Under the pieces are notes generated by a model, which saw nothing but the letters and a program-made list of their open reading frames with translations, ran no database searches and was not told the DNA's origin. The position numbers and the translations under genes were made by a program. This document shows positions 26,847 to 37,784 of a stretch of 51,335 nt of DNA, one piece after another (within the stretch, counting starts at the first letter, position 1; each line of letters opens with the position of its first letter). This stretch comes from an uncultured Ruminococcus sp. (GTDB taxonomy: Bacteria; Bacillota; Clostridia; Oscillospirales; Ruminococcaceae), in contig CABQIF010000001.1 in the NCBI GenBank assembly GCA_902464115.1, forward strand, positions 1-51,335, in the 5' to 3' direction.

Positions 26847-29006
26847 ATGAACCTACGACCCGGAAAATCCATGCTCTCTGTTCTATTGGCTGGTCTGCTG
26901 ACCATGGCCGCACTGGCAGGATGCAGCGACAAACAGGAATCCAGTAGTTCTACTTCTTCTGCTGCACAGACGACTACAGCAGCAACAGAGGCAGAAACAG
27001 AAGCAACCACAGATGCAGAAACCACTGCTCCGGAAACAACCGAAACTACAGAAACAACCACAACCCACATCAGCCCAACAGAAACCGTTTCCAGCACGCT
27101 GGGTGCAGAACTGGACGATTTAAATGTCCTGTTAGACCGAGATGCGGACAACACCTATAAAGCCAAACTGGAAAATTTCATACAGGATGGCGATGTCATT
27201 CAATCCTTTACCTTTATCTTCTATGCTCCGGATGGTGTTTCCAATATGGGAACATATAAGGGTGGATGCGGGATTTCTGTCAAGGCAGATAGTGCCACGG
27301 CAACCGATAAAAACTGGTATCAGTCCGATGACTTTGAACAGAGTGTCAACGGTGCTTATGCAGAGATCACCTGGAATGTCCCGACAGACGTTGCCGCAGA
27401 TGTTGATGCAAGCGGCGATGTTCTCATCGGCTACTGGTGGAGCGATTTACAGCAGCTGAAACTGAGCAGTATTGTCTGCACTTATACTCGCACCGCAGAA
27501 GTTCCGGTGGATGGCACTTCCGAAAGCAGTCCAGCTGCCACACTGGACTACAGCAGCGACACCGACAAGCAAGTAAAACTGCCGCTCTCTGATTTCATCG
27601 ACAAGGACGACCGCCTGCAAACTGTCACCTTTGACATCAGCAGCAGCGGTTCACTGGGAAAATTCACGGGAGCATTTGGCGTTTCGCTGACCAGCGGATG
27701 CGATGCGGAAACCGATAAGAACTGGTATCAGACCGGAAATATTGTCACCTTTACGCAGGATTCTTCCGTTTCCCTGACGTGGATCGTTCCGGAATCCATT
27801 CAGGATTACATCGACCCAACGGGTGATTTGATGCTGGGCTACTGGTGGAGTGATCAAGCAACCGTTACACTGAACAACGTTTCTGTTCGATACAGCAACG
27901 CCACCGGAACAGTGAAAAAATCCGACACCAAAAAGAATGAAGAAGCACAGACAGCCGTCAAAAATGAAGGGGCTGCTGCGGTTTCCGCCGAAGAAGTCAA
28001 CCAAATGAGTTCTTCAGAAATTGTAGCAGATATGAAAGTGGGCTGGAATCTCGGCAACACACTGGACAGCTATGACACCAGTTCCAGCGACAACGAAACC
28101 GGCTGGGGCAACCCGAAAACCACAAAGGCAATGATTGACACTGTAAAAGATGCTGGATTCAATGCCGTTCGGATTCCGGTCACCTGGGGCGAACATCTCT
28201 CCGCTGATAACACCATTGATGCGGATTACCTGAATCGAGTACAGGAAATTGTCGATTATGCAATGGATGACAATTTATATGTTATCCTGAATGTTCATCA
28301 CGATGATGCTTTGTGGTTGCATCCAACTTACAGCGAACAGGCTGCTGTTACCGAAAAGCTCACTGCCATCTGGAAGCAACTCTGCGAACGGTTCGGTGAC
28401 TATGACCACCATCTTGTATTTGAGGGCATGAATGAAACCCGTATCATTGGCTCTGCAACAGAATGGAGCGGCGGCACACCGGAAGAACGAGATGTCATCA
28501 ATCAGCTTTATCAGGCATTTGTAGACACCGTTCGGGCAACGGGTGGCTTGAATGCAGACCGCACCTTGATTATCAGTTCTCACGCACAGTCCATCACCAA
28601 AGAGGCTGTCAGTGCTGTCAAGATTCCAGATGATGCACACATTGCCGTTTCCATTCACAGCTATGCTCCATGGGATTTCTGCGGAACAGATGACACCCGT
28701 TCCGACTGGGGCAGCGATGCCGACAAGCAGGAACTGGACACCAATTTTCAGTATCTGGAAGACACTTTCATCAGCAAGGGCGTTCCCGTTCTGCTGGATG
28801 AATTCGGTGCGGTCGACAAAAACAATACCAGCATACGGGCACAGTACTATGCATATTATGTCAAGAGTGCCAAAGCACACGGCATTACTTGCTTTGTCTG
28901 GGACAATGGCACAGAAAGCGAATTTGGCTTGCTGAACCGGAAAGATTTGACTTGGTATGCACCGTCTATCATTGATGCAATGATGCAGGCACTGCAAGCA
29001 CAATGA
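26847..29006 (+). CDS. lipid-anchored glycoside hydrolase family 5 (endoglucanase, GH5_4-like) with two tandem putative CBMs
   Basis: LAGC lipobox, S/T/E linker, two 136-aa repeats, then GWNLGNTLD, WGNP, RIPVTW, LNVHHD, FEGMNE, HSY, EFG and WDNG motifs. Confidence 0.92.
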   Translation: MNLRPGKSMLSVLLAGLLTMAALAGCSDKQESSSSTSSAAQTTTAATEAETEATTDAETTAPETTETTETTTTHISPTETVSSTLGAELDDLNVLLDRDADNTYKAKLENFIQDGDVIQSFTFIFYAPDGVSNMGTYKGGCGISVKADSATATDKNWYQSDDFEQSVNGAYAEITWNVPTDVAADVDASGDVLIGYWWSDLQQLKLSSIVCTYTRTAEVPVDGTSESSPAATLDYSSDTDKQVKLPLSDFIDKDDRLQTVTFDISSSGSLGKFTGAFGVSLTSGCDAETDKNWYQTGNIVTFTQDSSVSLTWIVPESIQDYIDPTGDLMLGYWWSDQATVTLNNVSVRYSNATGTVKKSDTKKNEEAQTAVKNEGAAAVSAEEVNQMSSSEIVADMKVGWNLGNTLDSYDTSSSDNETGWGNPKTTKAMIDTVKDAGFNAVRIPVTWGEHLSADNTIDADYLNRVQEIVDYAMDDNLYVILNVHHDDALWLHPTYSEQAAVTEKLTAIWKQLCERFGDYDHHLVFEGMNETRIIGSATEWSGGTPEERDVINQLYQAFVDTVRATGGLNADRTLIISSHAQSITKEAVSAVKIPDDAHIAVSIHSYAPWDFCGTDDTRSDWGSDADKQELDTNFQYLEDTFISKGVPVLLDEFGAVDKNNTSIRAQYYAYYVKSAKAHGITCFVWDNGTESEFGLLNRKDLTWYAPSIIDAMMQALQAQ

Positions 29007-29145
29007 GAAATGTTCACAAAAAAGTTTGCAGTTTGTTGTGAAAAACGTAGATTTTTTGGAAAACTTTCAAATAATATCAGCAATTTCGTGAGAAATATGG
29101 TATAATAAGAAAATAGAAAAAACGGCAGAAGGAGGCCATTGAACA

Positions 29146-29760
29146 ATGAGCAATCGAATTATTACAATTGAAAGAGAATATGCAAGCGGCGGTCGGGAAG
29201 TCGGCGAACTGGTTGCAAAACAACTCGGGATCCCATTCTACAACCGTGAAATTTTAGAGATGGCGTCAGAACGCTGCGGCGTATCGGTGGATTATCTGGC
29301 AAGTGCAGAAGAAGCTGCACCAAAGAGCTTTTTGTATACGCTGATGCTTTCCTCAAATCCAACCCGTTCGATTCAGGAAAATCTGCCATTGTCGGATAAG
29401 GTTTATATCATTGAAACCAACATCATCAAGGAACTGGCGGAAAAGAGCGACTGTGTCATCGTTGGTCGTTGTGCCAGCTATATTCTACGGGATATGGAAC
29501 ATATGATGAGTGCCTTCGTCTATGCTGACCAAGAATCCCGTGTCAATCGGGCAATTTCAGAATACTCTGTTGACCCAAGACGTGCAGAAGCAACCTTGCG
29601 GAAGTCTGACCGGCGGAGAGAAACGTTCTACAGCATTAACACCGGCGGAAACTGGTATGACAAGGAAAACTACACACTCTGCCTGAACAGCGGTGCGTTA
29701 GGGATTCCGCTCTGTGCGGACATCATTGTATCCGCTGCACAAAAGACGATTTTTGCATAA
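29146..29760 (+). CDS. cytidylate kinase-like family protein
   Basis: ITIEREYASGG P-loop variant, VIVGRCA and D..R..FY motifs. Confidence 0.88.
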   Translation: MSNRIITIEREYASGGREVGELVAKQLGIPFYNREILEMASERCGVSVDYLASAEEAAPKSFLYTLMLSSNPTRSIQENLPLSDKVYIIETNIIKELAEKSDCVIVGRCASYILRDMEHMMSAFVYADQESRVNRAISEYSVDPRRAEATLRKSDRRRETFYSINTGGNWYDKENYTLCLNSGALGIPLCADIIVSAAQKTIFA

Positions 29761-29780
29761 ATCCCGTTTCAACTGCAATT

Positions 29781-29829
29781 AAAAACCGCCCTGCCGAATT
29801 CCACAAATCGAAATTCGGCAGGGCGGTTT
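29781..29829. terminator. bidirectional terminator
   Basis: 18-bp perfect inverted repeat AAACCGCCCTGCCGAATT/AATTCGGCAGGGCGGTTT. Confidence 0.85.
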
Positions 29830-29868
29830 CTATCTTCTCTTTGCACCTGCTTTTTCACAAAAGGCAGA

Positions 29869-30480
29869 TTATTTTTTCTTTTTTGGTGGCTGTGGCGGCT
29901 GTTTTTTCACTTCTTCCTTGTTGGAAAAAACCGCTTCCAACACTTTCCCGTAAAAATTTGCTGGATTCCGCATAATCTGCGTACCCAGATATTTCGCTTG
30001 CTTCATGTCCGGTGCATACAGTTTCAAGTCCATTAAGTCGCTCTGTAAATCCAGATACCGCACCTGTACATGATAGCCCTTTTTCAATGGCAAATAGGAG
30101 ATTTTTACTTCCTCCCGCCGTTTTTCCCGAATGAAATATTGCTTTGCCTCGCTGATAATTTTATCCCGATACGGTTTTGCAACGTATTCCTTCAGTTCCT
30201 TGGCACATTCTTCTCCAACTTTCGTCAGGGAATACCAGTCTTGTCCGTTTTCGTCCTGCTTTAGTTGGAGAGAACCATTTTTTTGCAGGTAAGTGATAGA
30301 TTCCTGATAGAAAAAATAGTTGATGATTTCCGTTTCTACGGCAATCTCATAAAGCTGCGTCGGGGTAACGGGTTTCTTTAAGTGGTCTAATAAACAGCAA
30401 ATCAGAATGTTCGCCATATGAGTATCCATAAGTGGCGGTGTTGCAATCTGCGACATTTTCATTAAGTTTTCGTCCTGCAT
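29869..30480 (-). CDS. DUF4364-like winged-helix protein
   Basis: ILI..LL, INYF and YSLTKVG motifs, C-terminal LKLYAP..QA..NP..FY. Confidence 0.7.
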   Translation of the reverse strand: MQDENLMKMSQIATPPLMDTHMANILICCLLDHLKKPVTPTQLYEIAVETEIINYFFYQESITYLQKNGSLQLKQDENGQDWYSLTKVGEECAKELKEYVAKPYRDKIISEAKQYFIREKRREEVKISYLPLKKGYHVQVRYLDLQSDLMDLKLYAPDMKQAKYLGTQIMRNPANFYGKVLEAVFSNKEEVKKQPPQPPKKKK

Positions 30481-30507
30481 CTCGATTCCCTCCAATCCAT
30501 GCGGTTT

Positions 30508-31599
30508 TTAAAAGTGCGGATAATCCATCATATGGGACAGCAATGCAAGATTGACGGCTGCCTCTACGCACGGCACAGCTCTCGGTACAATACACGGGTC
30601 ATGTCTGCCATGGATCTGTAAAATTTCATTCGTGCCTGCTCGGAAATCAACCGTTTCCTGCGGTTTTGCAATCGAAGCAGTCGGCTTGATGGCAACTCGC
30701 AGAATAATCGGCATTCCAGAAGAAATTCCGCCTAAAATTCCGCCATGGTGGTTGGTCTTTGTCTTAACATGCCCGTTTTCGTCTATATAAAATGGGTCAT
30801 TGTTCTGGCTGCCCACCATCTCTGCAACCTGAAAACCAGCACCAAATTCCAAACCCTTTACAGCTGGAATGCCGAAAATCAGCTGTGCAATGGTGTTTTC
30901 CAGTCCCTGAAACATCGGAGAACCAACGCCAGCCGGCATATTCACAACCGCACATTCAATCAGACCACCCAGCGATTCGCCACCCTTGCCAGCGTTGCGG
31001 ATGTCCTCCTGCATGATTTCGCCCTGTGCATCATTGATGACTGCAAACGGCTTTTCCCGTACTGCCAAAATATCGGCTCTGGAAACCGCTGTTTCTGAAA
31101 ATGCATCATCTTTCACGCCGTGAACGGCTGCAATATGAGCACCTGTATAAATGCCACGCCGTTCCAGAATCTGCCCACAGATTGCCCCTGCAAAGCACAG
31201 CGGTGCGGTCAGTCTGCCGGAAAAATGGCCGCCGCCCCGCACATCCTGAAAGCCACGATACCGCATTGCTCCGGTATAATCGGCATGTCCCGGACGAGGC
31301 AGCCGTTCGAGGTTGCTGTAATCCTTTGAGCGGGTATCGGTATTCTGAATGATGGCACAAAGTGGAACGCCCGTTGTCCGATTGTTCAACATACCGGACT
31401 GCACCTGTGGCAAATCCTTTTCACTTCTTGGAGTGGTCGTACCGTCCTTTTTCGGTGCACGTCTTGCCATAAATTGCAGCACCTTTTCCATATCGATATA
31501 TTCTCCCGGCGGTAAGTTGTCGATTACCACGCCGATTGACGGGCCGTGCGATTCTCCAAAAATAGAAATGGAAATCCGGTTATTCCAAAACGATGACAT
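30508..31599 (-). CDS. aroC: chorismate synthase
   Basis: FGESHG, PRPGHAD, GGGHFSGR, IPAVKG, GGILGGIS and GRHDPC motifs. Confidence 0.97.
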   Translation of the reverse strand: MSSFWNNRISISIFGESHGPSIGVVIDNLPPGEYIDMEKVLQFMARRAPKKDGTTTPRSEKDLPQVQSGMLNNRTTGVPLCAIIQNTDTRSKDYSNLERLPRPGHADYTGAMRYRGFQDVRGGGHFSGRLTAPLCFAGAICGQILERRGIYTGAHIAAVHGVKDDAFSETAVSRADILAVREKPFAVINDAQGEIMQEDIRNAGKGGESLGGLIECAVVNMPAGVGSPMFQGLENTIAQLIFGIPAVKGLEFGAGFQVAEMVGSQNNDPFYIDENGHVKTKTNHHGGILGGISSGMPIILRVAIKPTASIAKPQETVDFRAGTNEILQIHGRHDPCIVPRAVPCVEAAVNLALLSHMMDYPHF

Positions 31600-32824
31600 G
31601 GGCATTTCCTCCTAATCGATTATAATCTTCGTAAAACTGTGGATAGGATTTTTCAATACACTCTCCACCTTGAATGACCACCGGAGCGATGCAGCGTGTT
31701 GCTGCAATTGCAGCACACATTGCGATGCGGTGGTCGCCATAACTGTCGATTTTTCCGCCGTGCAGCCGTTCTACTGGCTGAATGCGTAAGCCGTCTTCTA
31801 AAATAGCAACTTGTCCGCCCAGCTGATTCAATAGATCTGTGGTCGCCTGCAAGCGGTCACTCTCTTTGATTTTTAGACGGGCTGCTCCATGGATCTCAGA
31901 CGGATGCGTTCCGAATGTTGCCAAAACTGCCAAAATTGGCACTAAGTCCGGAATATCTGCTGCATCCAGTGTAAAGCACGCCGGCTTGTGATTATTTCTA
32001 TTATAACACATTTTTTCTGCAATTTCAATGATGATTTTATCACCCTGCACGCTATCTGGATTTAAATTGGTCATTGTAATCTGGTTACCGATGGCATTCG
32101 CCACTGCAAAAAAAGCAGCCTGCGAATAATCGCCCTCCACCGTTCCGCTGCAAGCGTGGGCATGCTGTCCACCGGGAACAAAATAACCCTGCTCTGTTTC
32201 TGTTACCACAAATCCAAACTGCTGCATGCATGCAATCGTCATATCCACATAGGGTTTCGACTGCAACGGGGAAAGCATGATGATTTCTGAATTCCCTTTC
32301 AACAGCGGCAGTGCAAACAGCAAACCTGTGATATACTGCGAGGAAACATCGCCCTCTAAATAATACGTTCCGCTTTGCAGCTGTCCGTGAATCGTGAACG
32401 GCATGGTGTTCTGATAATCAAAAGTAATGCCATTTTTGGAAAGTTCCCGTACATAGGCAGTAATTGGACGCTGCGGCAGTCTGCCTTGTCCGTGGAATGT
32501 TGCATGAACACCCAGAGCGGCTGCAACTGGAATCAAAAACCGCAGAGTTGAACCACTCTCGCAGCAGTTCATTTCTGCTGTCTGTGTTGTAGCAACCTGA
32601 TTGATTCCCGTTACCGTAATCGTGCTTCCATTCGTTTCAAAGTCTGCACCCAAAGCCGACAGGGCTTCCATGGTCGCTGTAATATCCTTGGAGAAGCTGA
32701 CGTGCTCAATCACAGATGTTCCCTCTGCCAAAGCAGCACAAATCAACATGCGGTGTGTCATGCTTTTGGATGCCGGAATGGAAATCGTTCCACTCAAAGT
32801 GCGTGGTTCTACTTGAATATTCAT
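31580..32824 (-). CDS. aroA: 3-phosphoshikimate 1-carboxyvinyltransferase
   Basis: SKSMTHR, ESGSTLRF, SSQY, RLKIKESDR and DHRIAM motifs. Confidence 0.97.
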   Translation of the reverse strand: MNIQVEPRTLSGTISIPASKSMTHRMLICAALAEGTSVIEHVSFSKDITATMEALSALGADFETNGSTITVTGINQVATTQTAEMNCCESGSTLRFLIPVAAALGVHATFHGQGRLPQRPITAYVRELSKNGITFDYQNTMPFTIHGQLQSGTYYLEGDVSSQYITGLLFALPLLKGNSEIIMLSPLQSKPYVDMTIACMQQFGFVVTETEQGYFVPGGQHAHACSGTVEGDYSQAAFFAVANAIGNQITMTNLNPDSVQGDKIIIEIAEKMCYNRNNHKPACFTLDAADIPDLVPILAVLATFGTHPSEIHGAARLKIKESDRLQATTDLLNQLGGQVAILEDGLRIQPVERLHGGKIDSYGDHRIAMCAAIAATRCIAPVVIQGGECIEKSYPQFYEDYNRLGGNAHVIVLE

Positions 32825-33870
32825 GCCTGTTCCTCCATCCATGCGGCAAACGCTGAAATAGAGGCAGTCCGAATTTCTGCCTTGCCCGGTGTTTCGCAGA
32901 CAATATACCGCAGCTGATTGCCTGCCCGCTTTTTATCGACACCGCAGAACGGCAGCAAATCCGAAATTGGAACAGGAACAGAAGTCGGCAAATGATATGC
33001 CTGCAAGCACGCTTTCAGTGCAGCAGTCTGTTCCGGTGTGCAAGTCTTTTCTGCAATCAGGCACATTCCAATGGCAACTGCACTACCGTGAGAATACGTT
33101 TCATAGTGATAATAACCCTCAATGGCATGGCCAAGGGTATGCCCATAGTTTAAAATCATCCGTTCGCCAGTGTCAAATTCGTCTGCCTCTACAACGTCCC
33201 GTTTAATCGAAATGCAAGTGCAGATCACATCTTCCAATACAGAGAAAATCGTTTCCTGATTGTGTGCTGATAGCAGTTCAAACAGCTTTGCATCCCGAAT
33301 CATGCCGTATTTGACAACTTCTCCCATTCCATCGGAGAACGTCGCACTTGGCAATGTCCGCAGAGTATCCGGGTCACACAATACGCAAACGGGTTGCTTA
33401 AACGCACCAACCAGATTTTTTCCGCCTTTCAGGTCAATGGCAGTCTTTCCGCCGACAGAGGAATCTACCTGTGCCAACAATGTAGTTGGAATCTGAATAA
33501 AATCCATACCACGGAGATAGGTCGCTGCTGCAAAACCGGCAAGGTCGCCGACAACGCCGCCGCCTAAAGCAACAATGGCATCTGTACGGGTAAACTGCTT
33601 TTCACACAGAAAATCATAGACTTGCAGCAAGGTTTCTGCACACTTCGAGGCTTCGCCGTGTGGGAACACAAAAGTTTCCACCCGAAATCCAGCATTCCGG
33701 AGAGCAGAAACAACTGCCGCTCCATAAAGGCTTTGTACAGTATCATCGGTAATGACAGCAAGTGCTGCTGCTTTGGTAGCGGTTCGGATATACGTTCCGC
33801 ATTCTGCAAGCAATCCGTGCTGCACATAGATTGGATAAGTATGACTAGCGTGTACGGTAATTGTTTTCAT
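32821..33870 (-). CDS. aroB: 3-dehydroquinate synthase
   Basis: GEASK, GGGVVGDLAGF, PTTLLAQVDSSVGGKT, LNYGHTLGHAIE and SHG motifs. Confidence 0.97.
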   Translation of the reverse strand: MKTITVHASHTYPIYVQHGLLAECGTYIRTATKAAALAVITDDTVQSLYGAAVVSALRNAGFRVETFVFPHGEASKCAETLLQVYDFLCEKQFTRTDAIVALGGGVVGDLAGFAAATYLRGMDFIQIPTTLLAQVDSSVGGKTAIDLKGGKNLVGAFKQPVCVLCDPDTLRTLPSATFSDGMGEVVKYGMIRDAKLFELLSAHNQETIFSVLEDVICTCISIKRDVVEADEFDTGERMILNYGHTLGHAIEGYYHYETYSHGSAVAIGMCLIAEKTCTPEQTAALKACLQAYHLPTSVPVPISDLLPFCGVDKKRAGNQLRYIVCETPGKAEIRTASISAFAAWMEEQA

Positions 33871-33915
33871 GTTCTCTCTCTTTTCTGCACTGTTGTAAGC
33901 ACTTATTTTTCTTTT

Positions 33916-33944
33916 ATTATACCGTTTTTCTGTGGTTCTGTCAA
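33916..33944 (-). promoter_or_regulatory. sigma-A promoter for aroB-aroA-aroC
   Basis: TTGACA-17 nt-TATAAT. Confidence 0.85.
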
Positions 33945-33947
33945 CAG

Positions 33948-33987
33948 AAAAAGGCTGACAGAACCATGCTTTTCTCTGCCAGCCTTT
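33948..33987 (-). terminator. terminator of the amino-acid ABC operon
   Basis: AAAGGCTGACAGA...TCTGCCAGCCTTT with a U run on the minus strand. Confidence 0.7.
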
Positions 33988-34015
33988 CCTATCTTCTGTT
34001 TTTTACAACGTGATA

Positions 34016-34789
34016 TTATTCTGCATCGCTGCTTTCTGCATACTTTGCGGAAAGTTCAGAAATCGTTCCATCTTCCATCATCTTATCCAAAGACTTGTTG
34101 ATCTTATCCAGCAGTTCGGTGTTGCCCTTCTTAACAGCAATGCCGTATTCTTCGGCTTCAAATGCATCGTTGTCTTCTACAATCTTCAGCCCTTCGTTGT
34201 CATTGACATACTTTTCAGCAGTTGCAGAGTCGATGACAACCACGTCACACTTGCCATTGACCAATTCCATGATGGCTTCTGTACCCTTCTTGAACGATTC
34301 GTACTTATAGCCCATTTCATTGACACAAGTTTCACCGGTAAAGCCCTGCAAAACAACAATCTTCTTATCTGCCATATCAGAAGCCTTCTGGATGTCAGAA
34401 TCTTCCTTGACGATCATAACCTGCTTTGCGGTGTAATACGGTTTTGAGAAATCAACTGCATCTTTCTTTTCGTCGGTGATGGTCATACCAGCGATGACTG
34501 CATCGACCTGACCATTTTCCAGTGCCAGCAGCAGGGAGTCAAATTCCATGTTTTCAATCTTTGCTTCCATGCCATTATCTTCACCGATCTGCTTTGCAAT
34601 TGCCATATCAATGCCATCAAATTCGCCGATGACACCCTTTGCGGTGACATATTCAAACGGCGGAAATTCTGCGTTTGTACCAAATGTAATCGTGCTGTCA
34701 TCCTTCTTGCTGTCGCCGCAAGCGGTGCAGATCGCCATCATCAAAATGGCTGCCAACATCAACGATAGTACTTTTGTAAACTTCTTCAT
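34016..34789 (-). CDS. polar amino-acid ABC transporter substrate-binding lipoprotein
   Basis: TAC lipobox, GTNAEFPPFEY, GIDMAIA, AGMTIT and EEYGIAVKKG motifs. Confidence 0.95.
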   Translation of the reverse strand: MKKFTKVLSLMLAAILMMAICTACGDSKKDDSTITFGTNAEFPPFEYVTAKGVIGEFDGIDMAIAKQIGEDNGMEAKIENMEFDSLLLALENGQVDAVIAGMTITDEKKDAVDFSKPYYTAKQVMIVKEDSDIQKASDMADKKIVVLQGFTGETCVNEMGYKYESFKKGTEAIMELVNGKCDVVVIDSATAEKYVNDNEGLKIVEDNDAFEAEEYGIAVKKGNTELLDKINKSLDKMMEDGTISELSAKYAESSDAE

Positions 34790-34820
34790 GATTTTCAATC
34801 TCCTTTTTCCTAATTCCTAT

Positions 34821-35543
34821 TTAAAGAACCTTGCTCAAGAATTGCTTGGTTCTTTCATTCTGTGGGTTGCCGAACACTTCTTCCGGCTTTCCGCTCTCCA
34901 TGACAATCCCCTGATCCATGAACAGAACCCGAGTTGCCACTTCTCTTGCAAAGCCCATTTCGTGTGTCACCACAACCATGGTCATACCGGATTTTGCAAG
35001 GTCTTTCATAACATCCAATACTTCGCCGACCATTTCTGGGTCAAGGGCGGAAGTCGGTTCATCAAACAGCATGATTTCCGGACTCATTTCCAGTGCTCTT
35101 GCAATCGCAATTCGCTGCTTCTGACCGCCGGAAAGCTGACTCGGATAGGACTCTGCCTTTTCTGCCAGACCAACCCGTTTCAACAACTCTTTGCCTTTTT
35201 CCACAGCCTGTTCCTTGGTCATCTTTTTCAACAGAACAGGTGCTAACGTCAGATTCTCCATGACGGTCAGATGTGGAAACAGATTAAACTGCTGGAACAC
35301 CATGCCCATTTTCTGCCGAATGCGGTTGACATCCACTTTCGGGGCGTTAATTTGTTCGTCATCGACAAAAATTTTCCCGTCTGTCGGCGTTTCCAACAAA
35401 TTCAGGCAGCGTAAAAAGGTGCTTTTTCCTGAACCGGATGGGCCAATGACTGCAACCACTTCGCCCTCCTGAATGTGCTCATTGATGCCCTTCAGGACTT
35501 TTAAATCTCCAAAGTACTTGTGCAAATTTTCTACACGAATCAC
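34821..35543 (-). CDS. amino-acid ABC transporter ATPase (GlnQ type)
   Basis: [28 protein letters not shown] and VTHEMGFA motifs. Confidence 0.96.
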   Translation of the reverse strand: MIRVENLHKYFGDLKVLKGINEHIQEGEVVAVIGPSGSGKSTFLRCLNLLETPTDGKIFVDDEQINAPKVDVNRIRQKMGMVFQQFNLFPHLTVMENLTLAPVLLKKMTKEQAVEKGKELLKRVGLAEKAESYPSQLSGGQKQRIAIARALEMSPEIMLFDEPTSALDPEMVGEVLDVMKDLAKSGMTMVVVTHEMGFAREVATRVLFMDQGIVMESGKPEEVFGNPQNERTKQFLSKVL

Positions 35544-35556
35544 AGTTAACCCCTCC

Positions 35557-36246
35557 TTATCGAACTTCTGATTTTCTAAGCCGCTTTTCGAGTCTGCCCA
35601 GTGCCAGCGTCAGCAGCTTGATAATCACAAAATAAATGATTGCTGTTCCAATCAGTGGCATAAAGGCTTCATACGTAGAGGTCTTGATGAAGTCGCCGGC
35701 TTTCTGAATGTCTACCAAGCCAACATAACCAACAATCGCCGTTTCCTTGATCAAGGTGATAAATTCGTTGCAGAGTGCCGGGAAAATATTCTTTGCAGCC
35801 TGCGGAACGACAATCCGAATCATGGTTTGTCTGCCATTCAAGCCCAGAGAACGACCTGCTTCTGTCTGTCCCTTGTCCACAGAGAGAATTCCTGCCCGAA
35901 TGATTTCGGAAACATATGCACCGGAATTGATCCCGAATGCGATCGCAGCAATCACCCACTTTGGCCAGTGCACGGAAGCAAAGATGACAAAATAGATGAT
36001 CATCAACTGTGTAACCGTTGGCGTTCCTCGAATGATGTCGGTATAGACTTTTCCGATCAGCCGGATGCCCTTTTTGTTGGAAAGATTACACAGGGCAATC
36101 AAAAAGCCGATCAGCAAGCCGAATACCACTGCCAGCAGGGAAACTTTTACTGTTACACCGATGCCGTCCAGCAACAATTGATACCGGTCTTCTTTTATGA
36201 AACATTTATAAAATGTGTCGTAAAAATTCTGAAACCACATAACCAT
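35557..36246 (-). CDS. amino-acid ABC transporter permease
   Basis: [27 protein letters not shown] and [10 protein letters not shown] motifs. Confidence 0.95.
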   Translation of the reverse strand: MVMWFQNFYDTFYKCFIKEDRYQLLLDGIGVTVKVSLLAVVFGLLIGFLIALCNLSNKKGIRLIGKVYTDIIRGTPTVTQLMIIYFVIFASVHWPKWVIAAIAFGINSGAYVSEIIRAGILSVDKGQTEAGRSLGLNGRQTMIRIVVPQAAKNIFPALCNEFITLIKETAIVGYVGLVDIQKAGDFIKTSTYEAFMPLIGTAIIYFVIIKLLTLALGRLEKRLRKSEVR

Positions 36247-36505
36247 ACTCCTTTCTATTTCTTTTTTGTCACATTCGTACTATTGTATCACAACGCCTCT
36301 GGAATTTCAAGTGGATAATATGATATTTTCATGACGCCTGCGTAAAAAAGACCGAAATCATGGAGAAAAACAGTTTTTTCATTTTCAGATATGCATCAAT
36401 TTCTGCGGAAATTTTCAATTTTCTCTGGTAATTGCAAACGAGATATGGTATAATAGAAATGGATGCCGACTTTCGGCTTCACATCACTTCAGAAAGGATG
36501 ACATT

Positions 36506-37780
36506 ATGCCTGTTTCTTATAACCGAATTTCCCTGACCGATTCCATCGGCTATTCAGAAATTCTTGACCCAAAATTGAAAACCAATACCCTCCGCATTCA
36601 ATTCTTTCATCCACTGAAAAAGGAATCGGCTGCAAAGAATGCCCTTGCCTTTTCGCTGCTGACCACCAGCAACGCTGTTTATCCGTCTATGGAAGAACTG
36701 GCGAAAAAGCTGGATACACTCTATGGCATTTCGCTCACATCTGGTGTTACCAAGTTCGGTGACTTTCAGGCGTGCGGCATTACGGTTCGCACCATTGCTG
36801 ACCGCTATGCCCTGCATCAAGAACCGCTTTTGCAGGAAATGACAGACTTACTGTTGACCTGTCTGCTCCAGCCGAACTGTGTAGCGGATGGCTTCACAGA
36901 GTTTGAATTTCAGACCAAGCAAAAAGACCTGCTGGACACCATCGAAGCAGAAATCAATGAAAAGCGTGCTTATGCCACTGCACAGGCGTTGGAAACGGCA
37001 TTCCAGAATGAACCGGCTGCCCTCTCCTGCTACGGCAAAAAGGAAGATGTCTTGGCATTGACGCCACAGAACACACTTGCTGCATATCGGGAAGTGCTGC
37101 ATACTGCTCCGGCTGAAATTTATTTTGTTGGTGCAGAATCTCAGCCAATGCTGTTGGAAAAGCTGAAAGCAGCTCTGACACCAATTGACCGCCAGAATGT
37201 GCCTTCCTACACGTTCCACGTTCCCAGCCCAGCAAAGGCAGAACCGGTTACCGTTGTAGAACCGCTTCCGGTCAATCAGGCAAAAATGGTGCTGGTTCTG
37301 AAATCAGACTGTGACAACCGCTATGTGATGCAGATGGTCAGCTATATTCTCGGTGCGTTGCCGTCCTCGAAGCTGTTCGCCAATGTTCGGGAAAAAATGA
37401 GCCTCTGCTACTACTGCTCCAGCTCTTATTCTACACCAAAACAAGCAATGATTATCAGCAGCGGTGTGGAACATGACAATCTGGAAAAGGCAAAGACGGC
37501 GATTCTGGAACAGCTGACTGCCATTCAGAATGGTGATATTTCAGATGCAGAACTGGAATCCGCAAGAATGAGCATCTATAACACCTTAAATGGAATCGGC
37601 GATACGCCTGGCTCGCATATTAACTGGTATCAGGGTTGCTACTACTGGAACCGCTACACCACACCAAAGGAAACCCTGCAACAGTATCTTGCCATCACCA
37701 AGGAAGACATCACCAAGGCTGCCTGCACCCTGAAATTGGATACGGTCTATATCATGGATACCAAGAAAGAGGAGGCGTAA
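36506..37780 (+). CDS. M16 family peptidase-like protein, non-catalytic subunit (YmfF-like)
   Basis: SKLFANVREKMSLCYY; no HxxEH motif. Confidence 0.85.
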   Translation: MPVSYNRISLTDSIGYSEILDPKLKTNTLRIQFFHPLKKESAAKNALAFSLLTTSNAVYPSMEELAKKLDTLYGISLTSGVTKFGDFQACGITVRTIADRYALHQEPLLQEMTDLLLTCLLQPNCVADGFTEFEFQTKQKDLLDTIEAEINEKRAYATAQALETAFQNEPAALSCYGKKEDVLALTPQNTLAAYREVLHTAPAEIYFVGAESQPMLLEKLKAALTPIDRQNVPSYTFHVPSPAKAEPVTVVEPLPVNQAKMVLVLKSDCDNRYVMQMVSYILGALPSSKLFANVREKMSLCYYCSSSYSTPKQAMIISSGVEHDNLEKAKTAILEQLTAIQNGDISDAELESARMSIYNTLNGIGDTPGSHINWYQGCYYWNRYTTPKETLQQYLAITKEDITKAACTLKLDTVYIMDTKKEEA

Positions 37781-37784
37781 CATC

